A stretch of DNA of 64,000 nucleotides. It comes from the human T2T-CHM13v2.0 reference genome, Homo sapiens. The stretch's first letter is position 1; every line of letters begins with the position of its first letter. Both the position numbers and the translations under genes were made by a program. This document shows positions 36,170-52,009 of this stretch, piece after piece. The DNA lies in assembly GCF_009914755.1 (NCBI RefSeq), contig NC_060943.1; one strand, 5' to 3'. The notes under the pieces were generated by a model. The model searched no databases and was not told where the DNA came from. It saw only the letters and a list, made by a program, of their open reading frames with translations.

Positions 36170-36900
36170 ATAATGTGCCAAAGCCTAAGAAAACCCTCAA
36201 TTCTTAATAGATATAAGATTATTCCTACTGGAGAGAAACTACAAACCTGAGAGAGGCGCTAATGCTTTTGACAGTACCTAAAACTTTAAAGAAAATCATT
36301 CTGCTGAAAAATCCTAGAAATGTGAAGAATGTGAAAAAGCCTTTAAATGATTGTCACACTTGATTGTAGGTAAGATAATTCATACTGGAGAAAACTACCA
36401 GTGTGAACAACGTGGCCAAGCTTCGACAATGCTCACACCCTATTGCACAGGAAAGCATTTATACTTGAGAAGAAATGTACAAATATTGGCAAAGTAAAAA
36501 ATCCATTAACACCTGCTCACATCTTACTCAAAATTGTAGAGTTCATAGTAAATAAAAGCATTAAAATTCTAATTACTCTCAGAAGATCTGTCAGAAAGTA
36601 TGTCTTTAAAGTATAGAAGAGCATTTATTTTGAAAAAAACATTACACATATGAAGAGGATTGTAATATCTTTACTTGTACCACAGATCTTATTGTACACA
36701 TTTTATACTAGAGAAAAACCCTCAGGCAGTTGTTAAAATTTTGTTGAACATCAGGGAGTTTAAGAAAACCCTGCAAGTATAATGAATTTGGAAAAACATT
36801 TTTTCAAAAACTACAAATTATAAAACACCAAAGTGTTCATACTAAAATATATTTTTGCAGATACATTAAATATGAAAGATATTCAATCCAAAATTAAGTC
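36170..36900 (+). other. 3'UTR built from decayed zinc-finger repeats
   Basis: Finger remnants with stops and frameshifts, e.g. ctactggagagaaactacaaa, aaatgtgaagaatgtgaaaaagcc, attcatactggagaaaactaccagtgtgaa. Confidence 0.8.
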
Positions 36901-37967
36901 TATGTAAATATCAGGGAATAATTCACAGTAGAAATATCTAGGGCATTCAAGCTTTAGACATTACACTAAATCAGAGTGCTGAGTATAGAAAATAATACAA
37001 ACAGATTTGTCTAAACATTTGTATATAACTTTAAAAATAGAATATTTTTTGGAGGGTTATAATTACATTCAAAGTACTTTTTTTTGAAAATACAGATTTT
37101 TTTTAAAAGTGAATAATGTGTTCAACTCTTAAATTCATGCTGTTTCATCATTGCTGGTGTATTCATATGTGAAAGCATGTGACTAATTGTTGCTGCATAA
37201 AAGATATGAGATTCTTTTTTATTAGGCATTATTTATGACCTTTTCTATGAAAAGATAAGGACATTAAAATGTAAGATGCGTGAGGAAAATTTAGGTAGAG
37301 AGGCTCTTTGTGGTTAACTTATAATATTGAGTGATGCATGAGGTAGGTGTTCAGAATAATATTCCTCTGCATTATTATGAATGAAAAGCATTCTTAATTT
37401 TAGTTAAAATTAAGTTAGTCATATGTTATTTTATTAATTGTACTTCTATGAAATAATATGCAGTCTATTTTTAAATTATAAATTATGTGTGAACTTAGCT
37501 TTTCAATTCAACATTTTTAACATATTAAATACTATTGTGAATTCAATGAAGTGTTCTTATGCCACTAACTTTAACCTATTCCCTTACTCAAGGATGTAGG
37601 TAAAAGATGGTAACAATACACTATTTGGTAAGATAATGTACTGACATCTCTAGCAATCTTTTTTGCCAGTGGCTTTAAATTGCCAATAAGTTAAAGAATA
37701 TTGTTCCTATGGGTTAAATTTTTATTCTTATTTTCACATTTAAATTTATTTTTCTTAATTTTTGTGGATACATAATATGTGTATATATGTATGCCATATA
37801 TGGTATATTTTGATGCAGGCATACTCTATATAATAATCACATTAGAGGAAATGAGATATCCATTACCTCTAGCATTTATTCTTTTTATTACAAGCAATTC
37901 AATTGTACACTTTTAGTTATTTTTAAATTTACAATGTTATTGATTACAGGGTCATTTTTATGGTCAT

Positions 37968-38023
37968 AATAAAAAATTTTATACAAACGTGTAAAATCTA
38001 TACATTTCTGAGTTCTGAATAAA
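37968..38023 (+). terminator. Candidate ZNF254 polyadenylation signals
   Basis: AATAAA at 37968-73 and 38018-23; a proximal AATAAA also at 36551-6. Confidence 0.5.
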
Positions 38024-38416
38024 TATTTTTAAAAATTTTAATATATTTTTCTTTGAATATGTGACCTTTGCCTGCAAGCACATATGGACTCTTAGAATTG
38101 ATTTACATAAAATTAAATATATACTTCTATTAAAGATAAACCTTAGGTGTAAATAAATTATGGAGTAAGTATGTTTGTGTGAGTATAAGTTTGAAACTAT
38201 TTTTAGCAGCAAAAAGAAATACTCGAACAAAATAAATTATTTTAATAAGGTGTCTAATTTACTAGAAAACAAAAATTTTCAAAAATGCTGAAACCAAATC
38301 TATGCTATTTGCTTTGTATTGAATTTATTACTGTACAGTCTTTGTGCTTATGATTCAGAATCTCCGCATGCAAATTCTGTGTTTTAACTTGACTGATACT
38401 CATGCTAGACTCATAA

Positions 38417-38740
<324 letters not shown>

Positions 38741-39154
38741 TAATAGTCTTTGAAGTATTCATTATGTGAGCTGGTCTGTAATTATAAGAATATTTTTTTT
38801 TAATTTTATTGTTCCATAAGCTATTGGGGTACACATGGTGTTTGGTTAGATGAGTAAGTTCTTAAGTGGTGATCCGTGAGATCCTGGTGCACCCATCATC
38901 CAAGCAGGATACACTTCACCATATAAGTTGTCTTTTATCCCTCCCCACTCCCACTCTTCCCCTCAAGTCCCCAAAGTTCATTGTATAATTCTTGTGCTTT
39001 TGTGTCCTCATAGCGTATTTCCCACATATCAGTGAGAACATATGATGTTTGGTTTTCCATTCCTGAGTTACTTCACTTAGAATAACAGTCTCCAGTCTCA
39101 TCCAGGTCATTGCAAATGCTGTTAATTCATTCCTTTTTGTGGCTGAGTAGTATT

Positions 39155-39156
<2 letters not shown>

Positions 39157-39196
<40 letters not shown>
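39157..39196. repeat. (TG)20 microsatellite
   Basis: Read directly from sequence. Confidence 0.95.
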
Positions 39197-39199
<3 letters not shown>

Positions 39200-39439
39200 C
39201 CACTCGTTGATTGATGGGCATTTCACTTGGTTCTATGATTTTTTAGTTGTGAATTGTGCTGCTAGAAACATGTATGTGCAAGTATCTTTTTCAAATAATT
39301 ACTAGTTTTTCTTGGATAGATACCCAGTAGTGGGATTGCTGGATCAAATGGTAGTTCTACTTTTAGTTCTTTAAGGAATATCCACACTGTTTTTCATAGC
39401 AGCTGTACTAGTTTACATTCCCACCAGCAGTGTAGAAGT

Positions 39440-39957
39440 TGTTTGAAATGTTTGTTCCTCAGTGCCATAAAGAAATAGCACTTGAACATAAATTTAACTT
39501 ATTTAGTAAGGCCATTTTTACTTCCTGCAGAAAGTATACACTCGTCAGCAGTTTTGCCACGAGAGTACAATGAATAAAGGAGACAGGGTCATTTATAACC
39601 TGACGCATCCACCCTACTGCTGTGTCCGGTTTCCATTGGCTAGAATGGGACCTCACATTCTGTATTTATCCCAATTGGCTAGCATCTTAGAACTTTTTAA
39701 AAGAGGCAAAGGTAAAGGAGAACAAAGAAAGGAGTAAGTAACTTGTGGGATGCTGAGAAAGGTAAAACCACTTTTAAATAAGGAAGAGGAGCAGGCTATG
39801 ACCTAATGCTTGCTTGGACCAGTATAAGCATGCCAGGGCAAATATTTAGGAGCACAGGTCTTTGAATAAATTTTGTCTCTAAGAAAAGTTACAATTTATT
39901 CCTAATTAGATGGGGGGGGGGAATCTTTGAAGAGGAACCTCTACTTTACTTTTTACA
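39440..39957 (-). mobile_element. Solo LTR, LTR10 family (ERV1)
   Basis: TG...CA termini, 518 bp, TSD AAGT (39436-9, 39958-61); - strand begins TGTAAAAAGTAAAGTAGAGGTTCCTCTTCAAAGA. Confidence 0.75.
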
Positions 39958-41451
39958 AAGTGTTCCCTAATCACCACATCCATGCCAACATCTACAGTTT
40001 TTTGATCTTTTGATTATGACCATTCTTGCAAGAATAAGGTGGTATTGCATTGTGGTTTTGATTTTCATTTCCCCGATCATTAGGGATGTTGAGCATTTTT
40101 TCTTATGTTTGTTGTCCATTTGTATATCTTCTTTAGAAAATTGTCTATTCATGTCCTTAGCACAGTTTTTGATGTTTTTTTTTTTCTTACTGATTTGTTT
40201 GAGTTCCTTGTAGATTCTGGATATTAGTCCTTTATCAGATGTATAGATTGTGAAGATTTCCTCCCACTCTGTGAGTTGTCTGTTTACTCTGCTTACTGTT
40301 CCTCTTGCCATGCAAAAGCTCTTTAATTAGGTCCCAGCTATTTATCTTTGTTTATACTGCATTTGCTTTTGGGTTTTTGGTCATGAAATTTTTGCCTAGC
40401 CAGTGCCTGGAAGGGTTTTTCCATTGTTATCTTCCAGAATTTTTAGAGTTTCAGGTCTTAGGTTTAAGTCCTTAATCCATCTTGAGTTGATTTTTTTTAT
40501 AAGGTGAGAGATAAGGATCTGGTTTTATTCTCCTACATGTGGCTACCATCCCAGCACCAATTGTTGAAAAGGGTGTCTTTTCCCCACTTTATGTTTTTGT
40601 TTACTTTTTTGAAGATCACTTGGCTGTAATTATTTCAGTTTATTTCTGGGTTCTCTGCCATTGGTCTATGTGTCTATTTTTATACCAGTACCACGCTGTT
40701 TTGGTGACTATGGTTTTATAGTATAGTTTGAAATCAGGTAGTGTGGTGCCTCCAGACTTGTTCTTTTTGCTTAGTCTTTCTTTGGCTCTGTGGGCTCTTT
40801 TTTGGTTCCATATGGTTTTTAGAATTTTTTTTTTCTAACTCTGTGAAGAATGATGGTAGTATTTTGATGGGAATTGTGCTGAATTTGTAGATTGCTTTTG
40901 GCAGTAGGGTCATTTTCAAAATATTGATTCTACCCATCCTTGAGCATGGGATGTGTTTCCATTTGTTTGTGTCATCTATGATTTCTTTCAGTAGTGTTTG
41001 GTAGTTTTCCTTTTAGAGGTCTTTTGACTCCTTCATTAGGTGTATTCCTAACTTTTTTTTGTTTTTTTCCAGCTATTGTAAAAGGGGAGTTCTTGATTTA
41101 ATTCTCCATTTGGTTGCTGTTGGTGAATAAAAGAGCTACTGATTTGTGTACATTAATCTTGTATCCAGAAACTGCTGAATTCTTTGATTGGTTGTAGGAG
41201 CCTTCTGGAGGAGTCCGTAGGGTTTTCAAGGTAAATTATCATATCATCAGCAAACAGGGACAGTTTGACTTCTTGTTTACTGACTTGGATGCCCTTTATT
41301 TCTTTCTCTGTTCTGATAGCTCTGGAGGACGTCCAGGAATATTTTGGAGAGGAGTGGTGAGAGTGGGCATCCTAGTCTTTTTCCCATTCTCAGAGAGAAT
41401 GCTTTCAACTTTTCCTCATTCAGTATTATGTTGGCTATGGGTTTGTTGTAG

Positions 41452-41889
<438 letters not shown>

Positions 41890-43636
41890 TGAGATGATCA
41901 TGTGATTTTTGTTTTCAATTCTATTTATGTGGTGTATCACATTTGTTGACTTGTGTGTCAAACCATCCCTGCATCCCTGGTATGAAACCCACTTTATCAT
42001 AGTGGATTATCTTTTTGACATGTTGTTGGATTCAGTTAGCTAGTATTTTTTTTAAGGATTTTAGCATCAATGTTTGTCAAGGATATTTGCCTGCAGTTTT
42101 CTTTCTTAGTTGTGTCTTTTCCTGATTTTGATACTAGGGTGATGCTGGCTTCATAGAATGAATTAGGGAGGGCTCCTTCTTTCTCTATCTGGTGGAATAG
42201 TGTCAAAAAGATTGGTACCAGTTCTTTGAATGTCTGGTAGAATTCTGTGAATCCGTCTGGTCCTGGACATTTTATTGGTAATTTTTTGAATTACCATTTT
42301 AATCTCACTGCTTGTTATTGGTCTGTTCAGGGTATCTAATTCTTCCTGATTTAAGCTAGGAGGGTTGTATTTTTACAGGAATTTATTCTTCTCTTCTAGG
42401 TTTTCTAGTTTATGTGTGTAAAGGTGTTCATAGTAGCCTTGAATGATTTTTTTGTATTTCAGTGGTGTCAGTTATAATATTTCCTGTTTCATTTCTCAGT
42501 GAGGTTATTTGGATTTTCTCTCTTTTCTTGGTTAATCTTGCTAATGGTCTATAAATTTTATTTATATTTTCAAAGAAGCAGCTTTTTGTTTCATTTACCT
42601 TTTGTATTTTTTTTGTTTCAGTTAGTTCTGCTCTGATCTTGGTTATTTTCTTTTTTTGCTGGGTTTGGGTTTGGTTTGTTCTTGTTTCTCTAGTTTCTTG
42701 TGGTGTGTCCTTAGATTTTCTGTTTGTACTCTTTCAGACTTTTTGATGTAGGCATTTAGGGCTATGAACTTTCCTGTTAGCACCACCTTAGCTGTATGCC
42801 AGAGGTTTTGATAGGTTGTGTCATTATTGTCATTCTGTTTGAAGAATTTTTTAATTTTCATATTGATTTGGTTTTTGCCCCAATGGTTATTCAGGAGCAG
42901 CTTATTTAATTTCCATATATTTGCGTGGCTTTGAAGTTTTCTTTGGGAGTTGATGTCCAGTTTTATTCCACTGTGGTCTGAGAGAGTGCTTGATATAGTT
43001 TCAGTTTTCTTAAATGTTTTGAGGCTCGTATTATGACCTATCATATGATCTGTCTTGGAGAAAGTTCCATGTGCTGTTGAGGAGAATGTGTGTTCTGCAG
43101 TTGTTGAATGAAATGTTTTGTATATATCTGTTAAGTCCATTTTTTTCCAAGGTATGGTTTAAATCCACTCTTTCTTTGTCGACTTTCTGTCTTGATGGCC
43201 TGTCTAGTGCTGTCAGTGGAGTTGAAGTTCCCCACTATTATAGTGTTGCTGTCTATCTCATTTCTTAGGTCTATTAGCAATTGTTTTTATAAATTTGGGT
43301 CCTCCAGTATTAGGTGGATATATCTTTAGGGTTGGGATGTTTTCCTGTTGGACCAGCCATTTACTGTTATATAATGTCCCTCTTTGTCTCTTTTAACCAC
43401 CGTTGCTTTAAAGTTTGTTTTGTCTGATATAAGAATAGCTGCCCCTGCTTGTTTTTGGTGTCCATTTGCATGAAACGCCTTTTTCCACCCCTTTACTTTA
43501 AGTTTATGTGAGTCCTTATGTGTTAGGTGAGTCTCCTGAAGATAGCAGATAGTTGATTGGTTAGTTCTTATCCATTCTGCAGTTCTGTATCTTTTAGTGG
43601 AGCATTTAGGCCATTTACATTCAATGTTACTATTGA

Positions 43637-44023
<387 letters not shown>

Positions 44024-46840
44024 CTTTTTTTTTGGTTTTTCATTTTTGTTTTTTATCTTGTATTTGTGTTTTATAAATCCTGTTTGATTTATGCTGTAAA
44101 GAGATTCTGTTTGGTTGTGTTTTCAGGATTTGTTTTATGATTTAAGGTTTCTTTTGGCATTTTTGTATTAGGGGCTTGTTAATGGTGAATTCTCTCAGCA
44201 TTTGTTTGTCTGAAAATGACTGTATCTTTCCTTATATATAATGCTTAGTTTCACTGGATGCAAAATTCTTGACTGATAATTGTTTTGTTTGAGGAGGCTG
44301 TAGGTGGGGCCCCAATCCCTTCTAACTTGTAAGGTTTCTGCTGAGAAATCTGCTGTTAATCTGATAGGTGTTCCTTTATAGGTTACCTGGTTCTTCTGTC
44401 TCACAGCTCTTAAGATTTTTTTGTCTTAACTTTGGATAACCTGATCACAATGTGCTAAGGTGAAGATCTTTTTGCTATGAATTTCCCAGGTGTTCTTCGT
44501 GCTTCTTATATTTGTATGTCTAGGTAAGGCCAGAGAAGTTTTACTTGATTATTCCCTCAAATATGTTTTCCAAGCTTTTAGAATTGTTTTCTTCCTCAGG
44601 AACACCAATTATTCTTAGGTTTGGTCATTTAACATAATTCCAGACTTCCTGGAGGCTTTGTTTATATTTTCTTATTCTGTTTTGTCTTCGTTGGATTGGG
44701 TTAATTCAAATACCTTGTCTTTGAGCTCAGAATTTCTTCTTCTACTTGTTAATTTTTATTGCTGAGAATTTCCTGATCATTTCACATTTCTAAAAGTGTG
44801 TCCAATGTTTCCTGAATTTTTTTTTTAAGCTATCTGTTTCATTGAATATTTTGCCCTTCACTTCTTGTGTGATTTTTTGTATTTCCTTGTGTTGGGCTTT
44901 GCCTTTCTCCCATCTCTCCCTGATTAGCTTAATAACTAACCTCCTGACTCCTTTTTTTTCAGATAAATCAGGGATTTCTTCTTGGTTTGGTTCTGTTGCT
45001 GGTGAACTAGTGTAATTTTTTTGGGGGGTGTTGATGAACGTTGTTTTGTCATATTACCAGGTTTGCTTTTCTGTTCCTTCTCATTTGGGTAGGCTTTGTC
45101 AGAGGGAAGGTCTATGGCTGAAAACTGTTTAGATTTTTTGACCCACAGGGTATTCCCTTTTTCTGTGGATGTGGCTTTCCATGAGCTGAACTGTAGTGAT
45201 TGGTGTCTCTCTTCTGGGTCTAGCCACCCAGTGAGTCTTCCCTGCTCCAGGCTGATACTTGGGGTTGTCTGCACAGAGTCCTGTGATGTAAATCGACTGT
45301 GGATCTCTCAGCCATGGATACCAGTGCCTGTTCCAGTGGAGGTGGTGAAGGGTGCAGTGGCCTCTGTGGGAGTCCTTAGTTTTGATGGTTTAATGCTTTA
45401 TGTATGTATTTATTTTTGCTAGTGGGCCTCCTGCCAGTAGGTAGCACTTCTAGAAAGCATCAGCTGTAGTAGTGTGCAGAGGGACTGGTGGTGGGTGGGG
45501 CCTTAGGACTCCCAACATTATATGTCCTTTGTCTTCCCCTACCAGGGCAGATAGGGAAGGACCATTGGGTGCAGGGGGCACTGGTCGTGTCTGAGTTCAG
45601 ACTCTCCTTGGGCAGGTCTTGCTGTGGTTGGTGTAGGGGATGCAGGTGAGAGTCCCAGGTCACTGGAGTTGTGTACCTAGGAGAATTATAGCTGTCTCTG
45701 CTGAGCCACACAGAGTGTCAAGGAAGTGGGGGAAAGCGAGTAGTCACAGGCCTCACTCAGCTCCCATGCAAACCAGAGGGCCATTCTCACTCCCACTGTG
45801 TACTCCACAACAACCCCAAGTCTGTTTCCAGATGGAAGGCTAGTTGGGCTTGAAAATTGCTCAAGGCTTTCTGCCTTCCAGTTGCAGGAAAAAAAAGGGC
45901 TTTAGTTCTTCCCCGCCTGTGAAGTCTGCAAGCCAGATTCGCGCCTTTCCCTGAGTTCTGGGCAGGAGGCTTCTTGGCCCGTTCAAATTGTTACAAAGTT
46001 CAGCTAAGGAAGTCTTTTTCCACTTGGAATTTTACCTCTGCTCCTCTGTCCTCCCTCCTGAAGGATCCCTGTGGTGCCAGGCAGGAATGGGCTGCTTGGG
46101 GATTTATCAAGCCCCCAGGGCCTCCCTGCTGCCTGCTCCACCCCTGTATTTCACTCAGCTTGGCTCTAATTTGATGCAGCTCCAGGTAGTCAGGAAATTA
46201 TCCCACAAACAGACTTTCAGCTTCTCCAGTGGGGGTGCGTGTTTGGGAGAGGAGGGTCTCCCTTTCTCACTTCTGCATTTGGGGCACTCACAGTATTTGG
46301 AGTGTCTCCAGGGTCCTGCAGTAGCAGTCTGCTTCCTTCAGAGGGTCTGTCCTGATGCCTTTAAAGACACATTCTCAAGATTCTCAGATAAGTGTGTCCC
46401 AGGTAAAAACAGTGTCCACATTTTCTTTTAGAATGTCATGTGTTTAGAATTGCAGTCATTTACATTTCTACTTCTGATGCTTTTGCCTAAGAAGATTATT
46501 TCAACTACCTTTCCCCTTTTCTTCTCATGACAGTGAAAGGACTTCTTTAAAATAATTCTCCCCTATATATCAGAGACTTGTCTTTATTCTCTCCATCCAG
46601 GCTTCTTACATATCACAAATAATACTCATCTTGAGTTTATATGCTGAAATATTGGAAGTATTCCCTATGTTGACAGGTCAGCCTGGGCAGGTGGGAATAT
46701 AAAACATTCTTATTGGGGATGGTGCTGGGTCCTCAGATATCAGTGAGGGAGAAAAGTGCACTGTTTAGGTTCCATCTGAATGCTCCATCAGCTCTATGAA
46801 GAATATAATTTTTAAATGCACACTTAAAAAGGATGGAATT

Positions 46841-47311
46841 GGCCAGGTGTGGTGGCTCATGCCTGTGATCCTAGCAGTTTGGGAGGCCGAGGCGGGTGGA
46901 TCACGAGGTCAGGAGATCGAGACCATCCTGGCCAACATGGTGAAACCCCATTTCTGCTAAAAATAAAAAATTAGCTGGGCTTGTTGGCATGTACCTGTAA
47001 CTCCAGCTACTCAAAAGACTGAGGCAGGAGAATCACTTGAAACTGAAAGAGGTTGCAGTGAGATGAGAAGATGAGATCACGCCACTGCAATCCAGCCTGG
47101 TGACAGAGCAAGACTCTATCTCAAAACAAAACAAAAGGATAGAATTAGGCTGGGCACGGTGGCTCACACTTGTAATCCCAGCACTTTGGGTGGCCAAAGT
47201 GGGTGGATCATGATGTCAGGAGTTCAAGACCAGCTTGAGCAGCATGGTGAAACCCTGTATCTACTAAAAACACACACACAAGCAATAAATCTGGAAAACA
47301 TTTTCCAGTTA

Positions 47312-47349
<38 letters not shown>

Positions 47350-47492
47350 TAGCTGGGCAAGGTGGTGTGTACCTGTAGTCCTAGCTACTTGGGAGACAGG
47401 CAGGAGAATTACTTGAACCCAGGAGGCAGAAGTTGCCTTGAGCCAAGATTGTGCCATTACACACCAGCCTGTGTGACAGAGTAGACTCCATC
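46841..47492 (+). mobile_element. Two tandem Alus (46841-47136 and 47148-47492)
   Basis: Alu dimers; the second has an insertion and (CA)n in its linker. Confidence 0.9.
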
Positions 47493-47709
47493 CCCCCCCC
47501 AAAAAAGAAAAAGAATGGGTAGCCTGGAATAATTAGAAAGATATGCAAAGGAAGTAATTCAAAGAAATGTGACTTCTAGAATGCTACAGAGAGTATTTAA
47601 ATACACTATTAGAAATTACAAAACATGGGCAACATGTGGCTTGAACTTTACATAAAACATGTTTTTCATAATTAGATTCTGATTCTGATTTACATTTTTT
47701 GGCCAGTAA

Positions 47710-48104
<395 letters not shown>

Positions 48105-48213
48105 CAGGATTTCTTCACTCTAAAGTTACTTTATAAAAACTGTATTATTCACAATTACTTTGGAGAGACTTTCTGATTAATGTGAATAAACACATTTAAT
48201 CTGAAATCTCCCC

Positions 48214-48581
48214 TGTTACACCAAGTATCAGGTTCCAGTCCAAGCTGAGGTCTGACGGGAGTCGGTGGGTGAGTGGTGGGTTGCTGGAAAAACAATCGAG
48301 GATTGGTGGGGAGTTTTGGCATGGCTTTATTCTCTCTATGGTCACAAGCCTGGTCATGAGCCCTGTGTACAGGGTCAGCAGCTTTACTCTCTCTCCCTCT
48401 CCTGTCCACCTTTCTGTGTACTCCTAACACATAATAGTGGCTGAGAGCCAAGTATGATCTTACACAACCAGGTTACATAATGAGTAGAATTGTGCATGTG
48501 TGCTCCAAACTCACTGAGTCATGCTGAACCAGATGTTTACCTCGGCCTATTCTTGACCACAGCACATCCATTTTTCTTACA
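48214..48581 (-). mobile_element. Solo LTR, LTR18A-like
   Basis: 368 bp TG...CA; - strand begins TGTAAGAAAAATGG; contains AP-1 and PAR-bZIP motifs; no clean TSD. Confidence 0.7.
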
Positions 48582-49204
48582 TTCCTTTTCTTAATAGTTT
48601 ATCTTTGTTTATACGTTGCTTTGGAAAATGAAGTGTGTCATCTTTTTTTTACTGGTCATATACAGTGGGATAAAACCCAGGTTCAGTCACTTACTATATG
48701 TTTTAAAAAGTATTTTCCTTAAGCTAGAATCATTGACATCATTGGTCAGTTTGTTAGCAATGCAGTAACTCAGGTCTCATCCCAGATCTGTTGAGTTAGA
48801 ATACATATTTTAACAAAATCTCCAGTTTATTGATGTATGCATTAAAATTTGAGAGGTAATTTCTAATGTCCTGTGACTTCTCCATATGGGAACTATACAC
48901 AGTTTACTCTGTATAATGTAAATATAGCACTCAAAACTGTATATGCTTGTGTTTGTGCCATACATTTTATGCTGTATCATCAGAAAAGTATAGTACCTAC
49001 ACTGGTTTTGTGGATCTTATTCTCTTTCCTCAGAATGATGGAATACATTAGAGAAGCTTTCTCTATTAAATAATATTTTACTGGATAATTTCAGTCTCAT
49101 GTAAAACAGAGCCAGTTCTCTTAACTCTCAAACACCTAGAGTAAAATTAACCATTCTGCCTATGGCCACTTTCTAAATATGTGTGGGTGTTTGGGGTTTT
49201 TTAG

Positions 49205-49331
49205 AAGATGTTAATATTCAAGGCTGTGGCCATAGAATTCTCTCAGGAGTAGTGGGTGTGTCTGAATCCTGCTCAGTGAAATTTATATAGAGATGCGGTG
49301 TTAGAGAACTACAGAAACCTGCTTTCTTTAG
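49205..49331 (+). pseudogene. KRAB-A pseudo-exon (127 nt)
   Basis: [41 protein letters not shown] with two stops; AG and GTGAG sites retained. Confidence 0.9.
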
Positions 49332-49851
49332 GTGAGAGTAATTTTTCCCCAGATTTCCTAATATACCTTAAAGCTTCTATTTTATCCCTTTGTAGAATGA
49401 TTTTGGGAATTTTTGCTATGCATAAATTATTTTTAGATCAATAAAATTAAGGAAAACTTGAAGTTATTGGAATAGAAAAGAAAATTTTCAAGATGTTATA
49501 TCTTAACAGGAAACTTCCCCTTTCTTGAGCTAAACTGTATCTTTCACTCTAGATTAATGATAATTCTAGAAATTCAGTGGCATAAAGTATTTTCCCCAAG
49601 TATTAAAATCCAATATTCATCACCAATTTTAAATTCAATAGTATTGAACAGTAGAGCTAAGGATCCAGAAAACTAAAATACATATTAAATATTTTAACCT
49701 AAATATTCTAAAGGTTCTGTCAGAAAACAGTATTTTGGAATTAAAATTCTAGAATCCTTCATAATATTCTCTCCTCTCTACTGAACAGAGTACTAGGTTG
49801 GTAACTGGAGAATCCCAGCAAGTCATATTACTTTTTTTTCTAACAAAACAG

Positions 49852-49947
49852 GCCTTGATGTCTCTAACATTGATCTGATCTCCTGCTTTAAGCAAATAAA
49901 AGAGCCCTGGAATGTGAAGAGATATGAGACAGTAGTCAAATACTCAG
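49852..49947 (+). pseudogene. KRAB-B pseudo-exon (96 nt), donor lost
   Basis: aaacAG acceptor; LDVSNIDLISCFKQIKEPWNVKRYETVVKYS; donor position reads AT instead of GT. Confidence 0.85.
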
Positions 49948-50669
49948 ATAGCTAAGCATGAATGAGGCAGATAACAAAGACAAGAGGTACAAAGGTCAAA
50001 GAATTCCAGACCTTAAAATGTGGTATGTGTTGCTCTGCTTCAATGGAAATATTTCCTAGAAAGTCATTTTTTTTTCTAGCTCTCAAATAGGAGCATCTTT
50101 TGTTCCATACCCTTAAATTCTCTAAGGGCTCCACTTCCTACTTAGTGATTTTCCTTTGAGGGTCTTGTGAGAGCTAAGGTCCTCTTTATGGCTTATGAGG
50201 TATCACATGTTATTCCTGTTGTTCCATTGCTTTGGGGGGATATAAGAACGCCTCTTGATTATTTTTGAGCAGCTGCATATAAGATTATTTCTTAAGTTTT
50301 CTTTTCCCATCATGTCTGAAATGTGTGAGAGCAGTGGTGATATTAAGATTTGTTTCAGAAATCTTAGGAACATTAATGACAGATGTTACTTGTTATTTTT
50401 CTATTTTTTCATTTTGATATTAGCAATCCTAACAGATTTGAAATGGTAGTTCCTCATTGTTTTCATTTGCAATTGCCTGTTGGTAGGTGATATTGAACAC
50501 GTTTTTATATATCTATTGGTTATTTGTATATGTTGGCAAAATATTTTTTCAGTCTTTTGACCATTTTTCAGGTGGATTGTAATTGTTTTTATTATACTTG
50601 CCTCTACTTTGAATTTCCTATATATTTTTAATATTAAACTTTTCTTGTATATATTGTTTGCTATTGTGA

Positions 50670-51000
<331 letters not shown>

Positions 51001-52009
51001 CAGATATCATTTTCATATAATAAATGATTTTTCTTTGGGTAGATACCCAATGATGAGATCTCTGAATCAAATGGTAGCTCTATTTTTAGTTGAGATTGAG
51101 TTTTTTTTTTTCATATGCATGTTGGCTATTTGTATTCTTTATTGAAAAATGCTTAGTAATGTTATTTGCCTATTTTCAATGGAATCCTTTTTTTATTATT
51201 ATGACATTTTTGAGTTGTTTGAATTATTTGTAAATTCTGAATATTAGTTACATGTTGGCACATAGTTCGCAAATATGTTCTTTTATTCTGTAGGTTGCCT
51301 ATTTACCCTGTTGATTATTTTTCTTGCTGTGCCTAAACATTTTAGTTTGAATCCCATTTATCTATTTTTTATAATAATAACATAATAATAGTTTTTTTTG
51401 TTGTGTTCTTGACTAGTTTTGGTGTCAAGGTGATACCTCAGAGTGACTTAGGAAGAATTTCATTATCCTGAATTTTTGGGAAGAGTTTCAGGAGGATTAT
51501 TATTCTTAGTGCATTTGGTAGAATTTGGCTGTCCATTTATCTACTCCCGAGCTTTTCTTTTTCAAGACTTTTTTTATTACTGCCTCAATCATGCTACTCA
51601 TTATTGGTTTGTGTTACTGTTGTATCCATTGAAATGTCTGTTCTTTCACTTCTGATTGTTTATTTAGATCTGTCTTCTGCTTTTGGTTAAGCTAGCTAGC
51701 AGTTTATCAATTTTGTCTTTTTGAAAAATCAACTATTCTGTTGATCATTTTTATTGTTTTTGGTCTTAAATTCATTTGGTTCTGTTCTGATTTTTGTTTT
51801 TTTTTTTCTTGTAACTTGGAATTTGGTTTGTTATTAATTTTCTAGTTCCTTGAAGTGTGATGTCAAGTCCTTAATATGTAAGCTTTCTACTTTTTTGATG
51901 CAGGCATTTAGGCTATAAACTGCTCTCTTTGTACTATATTTGCATATCTCACAGGTTTTATTATATTGCATTTCTATTTCCATCTTTTTTCCCACAATTT
52001 TTAAATTTT

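Noticed and set aside
39826-39845. p53 site in the LTR10-family element
   Set aside because: AAGCATGCCA GGGCAAATAT: the second half-site lacks the core G, so it cannot be supported
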